The notes beneath the pieces were generated by a model, which was given only the letters and a program-made list of their open reading frames with translations, was not told where the DNA came from and made no database searches. From an uncultured Bacteroidales bacterium (lineage in GTDB: Bacteria > Bacteroidota > Bacteroidia > Bacteroidales > VadinHA17): DNA of 64,000 nt. A program made the position numbers and the translations under genes. The stretch spans positions 129,758 through 193,757 of the forward strand of contig CAVURA010000014.1 in the NCBI GenBank assembly GCA_963743775.1, in the 5' to 3' direction. This document shows positions 1 to 8,673 of this stretch, piece after piece (within the stretch, counting starts at the first letter, position 1; every line of letters starts with the position of its first letter).

Positions 1-1
1 C

Positions 2-871
2 CCCTTTGTGGCAAAGATTCTTTCAGGAGGGGAGCTGTCTGATAAGATATCATACTATTTTTATTTTCTGATGAATGAGACTGGCACAGTCGTCGGTCTG
101 GAGGATGCGTTCATGATTTATCATGATCTTCTTGGTTCCGGCATGAACCTGTACATTGGACAGTTCTCCGTCTCAGATCCTATTTTCAAGAATGAATTGC
201 GGCTCACGCTTGAACCATATCAGATTTATGGCGTCAAGCCGGAAGGTTCATCAATTAATCTTAAGTATGACCGTGGAATAATGTTTGACAAGTCCTTCAA
301 AACAGGAACAACACTGGTTGGAGAAATAGTGAACGGCAGCGGCCTGGATCCGGCATGGGGAGAATTCCTGTTCGATAAAGACAAATACAAGAATTTCATG
401 CTGAGGATCAACCAGTCGATCGGCAAGAATATTACAGTCGGATTCTACGGTTATACCGGGAAAGAAGACATCACCAGTACTGGAACACCTTACACCAGTG
501 AGGTAAAAATGTACGGACCAGATGTGGCAATTAACTTCAAACAGAAGCTGTTTGTTAATGTACAGTATATGTGGAGGACAGATTCAGAGGTTTACGATTT
601 GGCTGCAGAAGAAATGATGACCGATATGACCACCCGGGGAGGGTTTGCTGAAATTATCTATGCACCCAAAGCAGATATGAGCAAGTGGTACATGGCAGGG
701 CTGATCAACCTTGTTGATTCACAGATTGATGATCTTGATTATCAGTCGGCCACGCTGCACTTCGGGTATCTTCTGCGCCGTAACGTAAGGGTTGTGGCTG
801 AAGGAACATACATCTTCTCAGGCGCCGATCCGTACGCAAAAGCCAGCGCAGGATTTGTCTCGGCATTTTAG
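2..871 (+). CDS. Outer-membrane beta-barrel (porin-like) protein, 5'-truncated by the window edge
   Basis: The frame is open from nt 2 with no upstream stop, so the GTG at nt 8 is only the ORF-caller start. Alternating amphipathic strands rich in Y/G/D/N. The C-terminus ...SAGFVSAF ends in Phe, as in an OMP beta-signal. A hairpin plus T8 terminator follows. Confidence 0.6.
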   Translation, partial: PFVAKILSGGELSDKISYYFYFLMNETGTVVGLEDAFMIYHDLLGSGMNLYIGQFSVSDPIFKNELRLTLEPYQIYGVKPEGSSINLKYDRGIMFDKSFKTGTTLVGEIVNGSGLDPAWGEFLFDKDKYKNFMLRINQSIGKNITVGFYGYTGKEDITSTGTPYTSEVKMYGPDVAINFKQKLFVNVQYMWRTDSEVYDLAAEEMMTDMTTRGGFAEIIYAPKADMSKWYMAGLINLVDSQIDDLDYQSATLHFGYLLRRNVRVVAEGTYIFSGADPYAKASAGFVSAF

Positions 872-906
872 ATGTTCCTGGTTTAGTGTTCCGGGTTAAA
901 ATAAGG

Positions 907-938
907 CCGGTGGTTATAGCATATCACCGGTTTTTTTT
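907..938 (+). terminator. Intrinsic terminator after the OMP gene, overlapping the last hydF codons on the other strand
   Basis: CCGGTG (907-912) pairs with CACCGG (925-930) around a 12-nt loop, followed by T8 (931-938). Confidence 0.55.
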
Positions 939-2149
939 GCCTTACCGGTGAACGGCTCTGTGGCCCGGTCGAATATACCGTGAACATAAGCAATGGCCAT
1001 TCCGTAGTTAGTGACCGGAATATTATGCTTCTTCGGTTCGCGCAGCCGGTTCACCAGCTGGCGGTGTGTCACCATGCATCCGCCGCACTGAATTACAAGG
1101 GCATAATCTTCTATTGGCCGGGGGATTGCATCCAGCCCTGCCACGTTGTCAAATTCCAGATTTTTTCCAGTGAAATTTGTCAGCCATCTTGGGATCTTCA
1201 CCCTGCCAATGTCGTCGCATGATACATTATGAGTGCACGATTCAAGAAGCAAAATCCTGTCACCGTCCCTCAGCTCACTGATTTTCGGAGTTCCTTTCAG
1301 GTACTCTTCAAAATCGCCTTTTTGCCTGGCCAGCAAGATGCTAAAGCTGGTAAGCGGTATATCCTTCGGGATAGAGGCATCGGCTTTGAGGAATGCCTGG
1401 CTGTCAGTTACCACCAGTTTAGGTTTTATGCCGGTATGGCGTAAGAAAGCGTCAACCTCCCTCTCCTTGAGAACAATAGCTGCGCAGTCATTATCAAGAA
1501 TGTCACGTATTACCTGTACCTGCGGAAGGATGAGCCTGCCCTCCGGCGCTTCGACATCCACCGGGGTTATCAGCATGACAATGTCTCCCTGGCTTACCAG
1601 GTCACCTATCAGACCCTGGCTTTTCATGGCCGACGGAGGAAGTGTCTGTTTCAGCGCTTTCAGGAGCCCCGCATTGTATTTATCCGGATAAAGAGCCGAA
1701 TAGACGGTGATCTCCATACCGGTACGGTTTTTTACCAGCTGTCTGAAGGTATCTGTCACAGGGACAATATCATTTTTGTTGTGAACGAGGATGTACGGTA
1801 TATCAAGCAGGCCGAACTCTTTCGTGAGGTCCGCCTCGTATGTTCCGAATTCATTGCCGGCAAGGACCAGGATGGCCAGATCAATCAGCTTAAGGGCTGC
1901 CATCGACTTCCCGATGCGCAGTTTACCAAGGTCGCCGCTGTCATCTATACCTGCAGTGTCGATGAAAATAACCGGACCGATACCATGCAGTTCAATGCTT
2001 TTTTTTACCGGGTCAGTGGTTGTTCCGGCAATTTCTGACACAATTGCAATGTCCTGCCCGGTAAGTGCATTTATAATTGAGCTCTTGCCAACGTTCCGGC
2101 GGCCAAATATGCCTATGTGGGCTTTTGCTTCTTTTCCCTTTGCAGTCAT
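914..2149 (-). CDS. hydF: [FeFe]-hydrogenase maturation GTPase HydF
   Basis: N-terminal GTPase with P-loop GRRNVGKSS, DTAG and NKND. One GTPase domain only, so it is not Der/EngA. The C-terminal cluster motif is C305-T-H307 ... Q354-C355-G-G-C358 with 50-residue spacing, matching the HydF CxH...HCxxC pattern with Gln in place of the second His. Confidence 0.85.
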   Translation of the reverse strand: MTAKGKEAKAHIGIFGRRNVGKSSIINALTGQDIAIVSEIAGTTTDPVKKSIELHGIGPVIFIDTAGIDDSGDLGKLRIGKSMAALKLIDLAILVLAGNEFGTYEADLTKEFGLLDIPYILVHNKNDIVPVTDTFRQLVKNRTGMEITVYSALYPDKYNAGLLKALKQTLPPSAMKSQGLIGDLVSQGDIVMLITPVDVEAPEGRLILPQVQVIRDILDNDCAAIVLKEREVDAFLRHTGIKPKLVVTDSQAFLKADASIPKDIPLTSFSILLARQKGDFEEYLKGTPKISELRDGDRILLLESCTHNVSCDDIGRVKIPRWLTNFTGKNLEFDNVAGLDAIPRPIEDYALVIQCGGCMVTHRQLVNRLREPKKHNIPVTNYGMAIAYVHGIFDRATEPFTGKAKKTGDML

Positions 2150-2155
2150 ATTATG

Positions 2156-3598
2156 CTATTCTTCAAGATCCTTCAGGCTGTAGCCACCCTGCACAAGATT
2201 CCCCGGTTTGAGAATCTCCTTCAGTTTTTCTTCCTTTAAGAACCCAAGCCTGGTGTTGGCCTCAATCACGGAAAGGCCTGATTCCTTCATTAAGGCAGCC
2301 ATTTCTGCAGCTTTCTTATAGCCTATAAATGGCACCAGTGCGGTTGTGATGGCAGGACTTGAAAGCACTTTTGCTTCAGAAATGCCGGATTCTATTTCCA
2401 GGCCGTGAAGGAGGTTTATTGCTGCGCTGTCGTCTGCTGATATCAGCAGCTTAAGGCTCTCAAGCATGGCATGGCCTATAACGGGCAGGTAAGCATTCAA
2501 TTCGAGACATCCCTGAGCGGACAGCTGAGCTATAAGCTGATCATTACTGTAGACCCGGTGAGCACAGCTGATGACATATTCAGGTATCACCGGATTAACC
2601 TTTCCAGGCATGATTGAGCTACCAACCTGCTTCCCGGATATTCTTAATGAATGCACTCCGTGTATATCCGAAGCAAGCAGACGGAGATCACCGACCATTT
2701 TTTCAAGATTGACTGCATGAGCCTTCAATATGCCATGAACCTCAACAAAAGGATCAAGATTACTTGTGGCCTCCGAGAGGTTCTCTCCTCTTGTTACGGG
2801 GAGACTGCTCAGGTGCTGCAGCCTGGCCACCACTTCATTCACAAAGTATTTTGGAACAGCAACTGATGTTCCGATGGCCGTTCCACCAAGGTTTACAACT
2901 TTAATTCGCTCAAGGCACTTGGAAACCCGCCACCAGTCGCGCGACAGGGCGTCACTGTAGCTGCTGAAAAGCCTGCCAAAGGTGGAAGGAACTGCTTCCT
3001 GCATCTGAGTATAGGCAATACGGAGTGTGTCTCTGTACTTCCTCTCAAGGTTCTCTGATGCCGCCCGCAGATCATTGATCGACTTTTCAAGTGTCAGCAG
3101 CAATTGCATTGCAGCTATACGCAGAGCAGTCGGAACAACATCGTTGGTCGACTGAAAAATGTTGGCATCCTCAATGGGATCAATGACGGAATATTCGCCC
3201 GGCTTAAATCCCAGTTTCTGAAGCGCACGGTTAGCCAGTATCTCATTCATATTCATATTGATACTGGTGCCGGCACCCCCTGAGAAAGCCGGTACTATAA
3301 AATGCTCAAAGTGATTGCCTTCTTCACATTCAACAGCACTTTCCACGAGGGCATCAAGGCAGTCATTTCTGACCGTCCTTATATGCATTTTGTTCAAATC
3401 ATATTTCCGGGAAGCTTCTGAAAAGAACTCACCAGCAACAAGGTAACATGACCTCTTGGTCAATGCCATGGCTTTGTACCATTCAATAGGAAAAGGTGTT
3501 TTATCAGGGAAATTATCACGTGCCCTTACCGATTGAAGGCCGTACAGAGCATTGTCATCCAGCTCCATCTCTCCTATAAAGTCTTTTTCCCTTCGCAT
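2156..3598 (-). CDS. Aspartate ammonia-lyase (aspartase/fumarase superfamily) homolog, divergent N-terminus
   Basis: SS-loop signature GSSIMPGKVNPV. Also QSTNDVVPT and NMNMNEILAN motifs. 480 aa. Only 7 nt upstream of hydF. Confidence 0.8.
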   Translation of the reverse strand: MRREKDFIGEMELDDNALYGLQSVRARDNFPDKTPFPIEWYKAMALTKRSCYLVAGEFFSEASRKYDLNKMHIRTVRNDCLDALVESAVECEEGNHFEHFIVPAFSGGAGTSINMNMNEILANRALQKLGFKPGEYSVIDPIEDANIFQSTNDVVPTALRIAAMQLLLTLEKSINDLRAASENLERKYRDTLRIAYTQMQEAVPSTFGRLFSSYSDALSRDWWRVSKCLERIKVVNLGGTAIGTSVAVPKYFVNEVVARLQHLSSLPVTRGENLSEATSNLDPFVEVHGILKAHAVNLEKMVGDLRLLASDIHGVHSLRISGKQVGSSIMPGKVNPVIPEYVISCAHRVYSNDQLIAQLSAQGCLELNAYLPVIGHAMLESLKLLISADDSAAINLLHGLEIESGISEAKVLSSPAITTALVPFIGYKKAAEMAALMKESGLSVIEANTRLGFLKEEKLKEILKPGNLVQGGYSLKDLEE

Positions 3599-3599
3599 A

Positions 3600-4796
3600 T
3601 CAGAGCAATGAATTCTCTTCGGATTCGGGCGGAGTGAGTTTTCTTATTTCTGTTTCGGTGTTTATCTCCTGACTTTTCTTTTGCAGCTCATCAATAGATA
3701 TGATCTTTGCCCGCTTTTCGGTCGGTGGGTTCAGCTTCTCCGATTTTTCAAATTCAATGACCTGCTTCTGAAGATCCTCCGGCAGGTCTTTCTGGCTCTT
3801 CAGCACAATATCAATGAATTCATTGGAGAAGTACTGATCGACTTGTATCCTTCGCTTTGCGGTATGGGCAAATTTGCCGATGATGCGGCAGATGCTGTCG
3901 CGGTCTCCGGGGCTGAGTTTGTCGGCAAGATCATATTCTTCGATCTTCTTAAGTGACAGGATCACCGGCTCAAGCGAATCCCTCGTGATGACAAAGACAT
4001 CATAATCGCCCATTTTATATGTAAGCTGTTTCAGAACCTGGATTGTGTTCGTGGGCACAACCAGGAAAATTGATTTCTTCACATTTTCCTGGCTTGCATA
4101 CTTTTTCACGCTTTCCGTCTGGCTTTTTATGTAGAGTGGAAAGTTTGTAAGGTCATCATTGGCAGGGCTCTTGGCATCGAAGATTATATATTCGCCGCTG
4201 ATTTCGATGGTGTTGTCGGGGCTGCCCTTGAACGGCACCGTATCAACATAATTTACATGGTTGGTATCACAGATCCTGATGACGGTGTTTTTAACATCAG
4301 TTTCGTGCTCTGACCATTGCCTCTTCATATTTTCAAGACGCTCGGCTGCCTCCCTGACCCTGTCGTCATTAAGCCTCTTGCGTTCCGCCTCGAAGCTTTC
4401 CTTGGTCTGGTTAAGGCGTGCTATATTTTCGTTGTAGTTTTTAACATTGTCCTCCTTGGAGGCTTCGAATGAAGCATTCTTTTTTGTAAGCTCATTAATG
4501 GTTCCGGAGTGCTCCCTGATCCGGGCGCTGAGTTCTTCAACCTGCGCATCCTTCCTGGCAGACAGCAACTCAATATCCCTTATCTTCTGATTAATGCTAT
4601 CGTTTCTGGTGGATATTTCGGTGATACGGTTCCTGAGTTTTTCAATGTTTCCCCTGTTGGCCTCCATCTCTCTTGACAGAGCCCTGAATTCCTCATAGGC
4701 ATCGAAGCTGAGGTTTCTGATCTTCCTCCAGCGGAAGAGCCTCTGCCACCAGCTCAGGTCTTTTATCTGTGCAAAAAAGAGATTGAGTTTTTCCAT
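3600..4796 (-). CDS. Coiled-coil protein with RmuC-like PD-(D/E)xK C-terminal domain
   Basis: About 170 aa of heptad-rich E/K/R/N sequence. This is followed by SPDNTIEISGEYIIFDAKSP ... SIFLVVPTN, resembling the RmuC PD...DAK...(I/V)P(x)E core. Its stop is 2 nt from the aspartase-like start. Confidence 0.45.
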   Translation of the reverse strand: MEKLNLFFAQIKDLSWWQRLFRWRKIRNLSFDAYEEFRALSREMEANRGNIEKLRNRITEISTRNDSINQKIRDIELLSARKDAQVEELSARIREHSGTINELTKKNASFEASKEDNVKNYNENIARLNQTKESFEAERKRLNDDRVREAAERLENMKRQWSEHETDVKNTVIRICDTNHVNYVDTVPFKGSPDNTIEISGEYIIFDAKSPANDDLTNFPLYIKSQTESVKKYASQENVKKSIFLVVPTNTIQVLKQLTYKMGDYDVFVITRDSLEPVILSLKKIEEYDLADKLSPGDRDSICRIIGKFAHTAKRRIQVDQYFSNEFIDIVLKSQKDLPEDLQKQVIEFEKSEKLNPPTEKRAKIISIDELQKKSQEINTETEIRKLTPPESEENSLL

Positions 4797-4838
4797 GGAT
4801 GTAATGCCGGGGTAAAATTAGGAATAATAGGCCAAAGA

Positions 4839-4846
4839 CAAAAGTA
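4839..4846 (-). promoter_or_regulatory. Candidate Bacteroidota -7 box (TACTTTTG)
   Basis: Exact TAnnTTTG on the minus strand, 43 nt upstream of the ATG at 4796. The motif is short and could occur by chance. Confidence 0.3.
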
Positions 4847-4882
4847 TGCTTATTATTCTCCTTATTTATCTGTTGACGATGG

Positions 4883-7111
4883 TCAGAATATGAATGTATA
4901 TGTATACTTCAGCAACAAAGTCCTGCCTGATGAGAACGGCAACCTGGGAGTTTCCCTTTCCAGATCGGAATTCATCCCCTCGTCATAGACTATGTAGAAA
5001 TCGTTGCCTTCACGCGGATTATACCTGAAGCGAATATTTGTAACCACTTTATCTACTGCTGTATTATACTGAATATAAGCCGATATGGAGGTCTTTGTGG
5101 TCATTGTAAGCAATCCCCTGATCCCCATTATATGGTTGATAAAGCTTGTGCTGGAAGGGAGATTTACATAATCGAGATAATAAGAAAGCCCAAGATCAAA
5201 ACCGGCGCCGATGCTCAGTTTCGGATTTGCAGAGAAAGAAATTTTCCATCCGTCGTAAAAGGTTCCGGCATCAGCAGTTAACTCGTAAGAGAGGGCATGA
5301 GCCCCCGATGAGCCGTACGAGGTACTGAGACAGGCAAATGAATATCTTCCGGGCAGAACTGATGCCTGATTGTTGCCAAGAATAAGCGTATCGGCAATAT
5401 CTTCCAGAAACCAATTGGCTGAAATGTTTCCGTAGAATCCTTTCTTTGCCTCGAAATGCCATTTAAATATTCCATTAGTAGTTTCATGTAAGCCGGTTAA
5501 AGTATTCCAGAAATCATATGCCGTTAGCGAGATCGAATGATACCTGAGAAAAGTCTCTCTCTGTGGCAGCCACCCATATTGCAAGATTGCTCTTACTCCC
5601 TGGTAATTATCTTTTGTTTCAAATCCAACCCCGGGATTAAAACTTTTGCCTGACCATGTATAGACAAAGTCATACCCAAAGCCTTTTATTTTTCTCCGCT
5701 GCCATTCAAACAAGAACCTGGAAGGTGCGAAATCGAATATTTTATTAATGGAATCCCGCTCAAACGTCTGAGCCCATTTGACGGTCAGAAATTCGTCGCC
5801 AACAACCCTGAACTGTCCATCCAGTCCGTAAGCAATATTATAATTACCGTTCATGCCTAATCTGCTTGTGAACATTCCGCCGACATATGAATTCGGGTTG
5901 AAGACGCCTCGTTTTGTTCTGAAGATTCCGAAGTTTTCCGATGGATTTTCTTCAAAAGAAGCCGTCTGCATGTCGAGGATGCCGATATCCCATTTATTAA
6001 TCCTTCCTGTCATTCTGACACCACCGTAGATCCTTACAGGATTGCCGTCATAGAGGCCTATTCTGCGGCTGTAGAATAAGTTGTTGCCGCCAAGAAAAGA
6101 GAAATCAAAAACGTCGGCTTTTTCCTGGAAGAAGACTCTCTTTTCAGGAAAGTAAAGAGAGTATCTTGTAAGGTTGATTTTCTGATCATCTGCTTCGACC
6201 TGTGCAAAATCAGTGTTGACAGTAAGATCAACGGTCAGGTTATTTGTTATGCTGTACTTTGCATCGAATCCGGCATCGAACTTGAATTTCGAAGTCATCT
6301 CATATTCGGTTTCGGCATCATTTAGCTCATTTACCTGGCCGATGCCGCCGGTCACGTAGGGAGTAAAGTAAACAGGGTTTTCCGGCTTCAGGCCTGTGAA
6401 TTCCATCACTGAGCTCATTGATGGTTTCCATATGGCATTTGCAACATCCGGAGGAATCGCCGGAAAACTTATCCACTCAGATTTTACAGGGCGATAATTA
6501 ACAACTGTTATCCCCATACTGGTTTTGTTCTCATTCACCTGGAACCTGAGGCTTGAAAACGGAATTCTGATCTCGGCTGACCATCCATGGTCATTAATCT
6601 TTGACATTGCATCCCAGAAAGTGTTCCAGCTGAAATTCATGTCAGTATTTTGATCTACTATATCATTCTGGGTAGTTCCTTCGGTCCTTACTCCGTTGGG
6701 GTTGGTCCAGAACATTACAGAATTCTGCCTGTCATTGAAAGTATCAATTAGCAAGCCTAACCAGTCGCATTTACCGACGTTGTAATCCCGTTTCTTGCTG
6801 AAAGCCCTTAAATCCTCCGGATTTTTATAGTCAAAAACACCGGAAACATATAAATATTCATCATCATATGCGATCTTAATCACAGAGAGTTCTGTAGGCT
6901 CTTTGCCAAATATAGGGGTATACATAACCAACGGCAAGGCCGGAATTGCCATCCAGGAATCTTCATCAGGCACACCGTCGAAATCAATTGCACCTGACAA
7001 TCTTGGTACGGCCATCGGATCCTGAGACCAAAGGTTCAGCGATATCAGCAAAAGAAAACAAGGTAGGAATATATGCAGGCAGTCTGAACCTTTTCTGGAG
7101 CTTTTCTTCAT
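4883..7111 (-). CDS. Secreted or outer-membrane DUF5916-type protein with N-terminal CBM9-like domain
   Basis: Signal peptide. The N-terminal region IDFDGVPDEDSW...IAYDDEYLYV resembles the CBM9/DOMON-like module. It is followed by about 500 aa of beta-rich sequence ending ...YTYTFIF. Confidence 0.6.
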   Translation of the reverse strand: MKKSSRKGSDCLHIFLPCFLLLISLNLWSQDPMAVPRLSGAIDFDGVPDEDSWMAIPALPLVMYTPIFGKEPTELSVIKIAYDDEYLYVSGVFDYKNPEDLRAFSKKRDYNVGKCDWLGLLIDTFNDRQNSVMFWTNPNGVRTEGTTQNDIVDQNTDMNFSWNTFWDAMSKINDHGWSAEIRIPFSSLRFQVNENKTSMGITVVNYRPVKSEWISFPAIPPDVANAIWKPSMSSVMEFTGLKPENPVYFTPYVTGGIGQVNELNDAETEYEMTSKFKFDAGFDAKYSITNNLTVDLTVNTDFAQVEADDQKINLTRYSLYFPEKRVFFQEKADVFDFSFLGGNNLFYSRRIGLYDGNPVRIYGGVRMTGRINKWDIGILDMQTASFEENPSENFGIFRTKRGVFNPNSYVGGMFTSRLGMNGNYNIAYGLDGQFRVVGDEFLTVKWAQTFERDSINKIFDFAPSRFLFEWQRRKIKGFGYDFVYTWSGKSFNPGVGFETKDNYQGVRAILQYGWLPQRETFLRYHSISLTAYDFWNTLTGLHETTNGIFKWHFEAKKGFYGNISANWFLEDIADTLILGNNQASVLPGRYSFACLSTSYGSSGAHALSYELTADAGTFYDGWKISFSANPKLSIGAGFDLGLSYYLDYVNLPSSTSFINHIMGIRGLLTMTTKTSISAYIQYNTAVDKVVTNIRFRYNPREGNDFYIVYDEGMNSDLERETPRLPFSSGRTLLLKYTYTFIF

Positions 7112-7369
7112 TGGCTTTACCTCACGGGTATAGGCGTTCCGGCAGTCAGTTTCTTAGTTTAAAATGGAAGGAGAGTAAATTTAAATTAAAATGAAACAGG
7201 AGTCAAGTTTTTTATTTTTAATAATTTTCCTGGTTCTTAATCGCCTGTTGCCCATTGTTTGTTGCTTTCCCTGTAGTCTGACAGCTCCCTGTCCCGACAT
7301 ACGATGTCGGGACTATACGGTCGCTTCTCTGCTGCCTATTGCCTGTGGCCTTTTTATTATATTCACATC

Positions 7370-8062
7370 ATGAAGAAACTTGTAATACTGACAGGTGCCG
7401 GCATGAGTGCCGAGAGTGGCATTAAAACATTCCGCGACAGCGGCGGACTGTGGGAACAGTACAAAGTAGAGGAGGTAGCATCCATTGAGGCCTGGTACAG
7501 AAACCCTGACCTGGTACAGCGATTTTACAACGAGCGCCGCCGACAGCTGGAGAGTGCTGAGCCAAACATTGGGCATACTGGACTGGTTCAGCTGGAAAGC
7601 GATTTTGATGTGCACATAATAACCCAGAATGTCGATAACCTTCACGAAAGGGCAGGCAGCACGAAAATACTCCACCTTCATGGGATGCTGACACAGGCCC
7701 GCAGCAGTAAAGATCCAAATCTGATTATCGACATTGGTTATCGCGATATCCTGCCGGGAGAGAAGGCTGCCGACGGATCTCCGCTACGGCCGAACATAGT
7801 GTGGTTCGGAGAGGCTGTCCCGGCCATGGAGGAAGCTGCTGATGTTGCCTCATATGCAGATATTTTTGCAGTAATTGGATCATCCCTTAATGTATATCCT
7901 GCCGCGGGACTGATCCATTATGTTCCGTTGCTGACACCGGTCTTTCTGATTGACCCGAAGCCGGTGCAGGTTCCTTCAGCTCACGAGGTTCAGGTAATCA
8001 TGGAAGGAGCATCGAAGGGAGTGGCGATTCTGGTTGAAAGGTGTAGAGAGGTGATAGGTTGA
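7370..8062 (+). CDS. cobB: NAD-dependent protein deacylase (Sir2/CobB family), lacking zinc-ribbon cysteines
   Basis: GAGMSAESGIKTFR, TQNVDNLHERAG, HLHG and RPNIVWFGE motifs. I start it at the ATG at 7370 (MKKLVILTGAG) rather than the ORF-track start at 7304. Confidence 0.85.
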   Translation: MKKLVILTGAGMSAESGIKTFRDSGGLWEQYKVEEVASIEAWYRNPDLVQRFYNERRRQLESAEPNIGHTGLVQLESDFDVHIITQNVDNLHERAGSTKILHLHGMLTQARSSKDPNLIIDIGYRDILPGEKAADGSPLRPNIVWFGEAVPAMEEAADVASYADIFAVIGSSLNVYPAAGLIHYVPLLTPVFLIDPKPVQVPSAHEVQVIMEGASKGVAILVERCREVIG

Positions 8063-8100
8063 TGGGTTGAGAGGGTTGAAAAGTTGAAGGGCTGAGGAAG
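8031..8100 (+). repeat. Degenerate GGTTGA-unit short tandem repeat (locus A)
   Basis: tGGTTGAaagGTGTAGAgagGTGATAgGTTGAtgGGTTGAgagGGTTGAaaaGTTGAagGGCTGAgg. It covers the last roughly 10 codons of cobB and the spacer to the next gene. Confidence 0.7.
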
Positions 8101-8108
8101 TTTAAGAG

Positions 8109-8543
8109 TTAGATTTGTGTTTCTGAGGCACTGAGTTTAATAATCCTGTCACGGATGTTGGTCATTTTATCGAGCCGGTCCATCGAGAGAGTTTTCTGTT
8201 TAATGTCGATGAACTCGAACAACAGCAGCGCCTTTTCCGAATACTCAAGACAACCATGCGGGTTACCCTGCGCAAAGGCAAGCTCAGCCTCAGCGTTGAA
8301 CAGCTCTGCCAATATCTCAAGATGACCGTTTGTGTAGTTATGCTCATCGAGAAGCTTATGTGTCAGATCCTCTTTGGGTATTGACCTGAAGAAAGCGGCA
8401 TCCTCCTTTAGCATATCATAATAAATACGTTCAAGATTCTCAGTGGCCTGCTGAAACTCCCCTTTCCTTGCGAGCCCTAAAACTGCGGCGATCAGATCGC
8501 CCAGCATCTCGATCATGCGAAGGATGTAGTCTTTCTGGTACAT
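8109..8543 (-). CDS. Hypothetical all-helical (TPR-like) cytoplasmic protein
   Basis: 144-aa ORF with plausible composition and no signal peptide. No motif I recognise. Flanked on both sides by GGTTGA-type repeats. Confidence 0.5.
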   Translation of the reverse strand: MYQKDYILRMIEMLGDLIAAVLGLARKGEFQQATENLERIYYDMLKEDAAFFRSIPKEDLTHKLLDEHNYTNGHLEILAELFNAEAELAFAQGNPHGCLEYSEKALLLFEFIDIKQKTLSMDRLDKMTNIRDRIIKLSASETQI

Positions 8544-8555
8544 GGTATAAAGATA

Positions 8556-8597
8556 ATTGAATGATTGAATGGTTGAGAGAGTTGAGAGGTTGAATGG
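8556..8597 (+). repeat. Degenerate (A/G)TTGA-unit short tandem repeat (locus B)
   Basis: ATTGAatgATTGAatgGTTGAgagaGTTGAgagGTTGAatg, in the same orientation as locus A. Confidence 0.7.
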
Positions 8598-8673
8598 TAC
8601 AGCAAAACACGATCCGGGGTTGGAAATTTCCGGTCATTTTAATTAGCTTGCAGCTCTTAAAAATAAGTACACA

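Noticed and set aside
914-2149. Alternative identity of the GTPase as Der/EngA or MnmE
   Set aside because: It has only one GTPase domain. The C-terminal half carries the HydF-type CxH...CxxC cluster motif rather than a KH domain or a tetrahydrofolate-binding domain.
7191-7373. 60-aa hydrophobic, Cys-rich ORF in the cobB upstream spacer
   Set aside because: It has no recognisable family, runs across the 10-bp hairpin and into cobB, and is most likely non-coding. It cannot be excluded without Ribo-seq.
7370-8062. Sir2 gene as part of an anti-phage system (Thoeris/DSR/SIR2-HerA type)
   Set aside because: It is a short, housekeeping-type CobB with complete deacylase motifs. It has no fused effector or sensor domain and no adjacent partner (ThsB/TIR, HerA, pAgo).
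8031-8597. CRISPR array interpretation of the GGTTGA-unit repeats
   Set aside because: The units are 7-9 nt, contiguous and degenerate. There are no 25-40-nt repeats separated by unique spacers, and no cas genes in the window.
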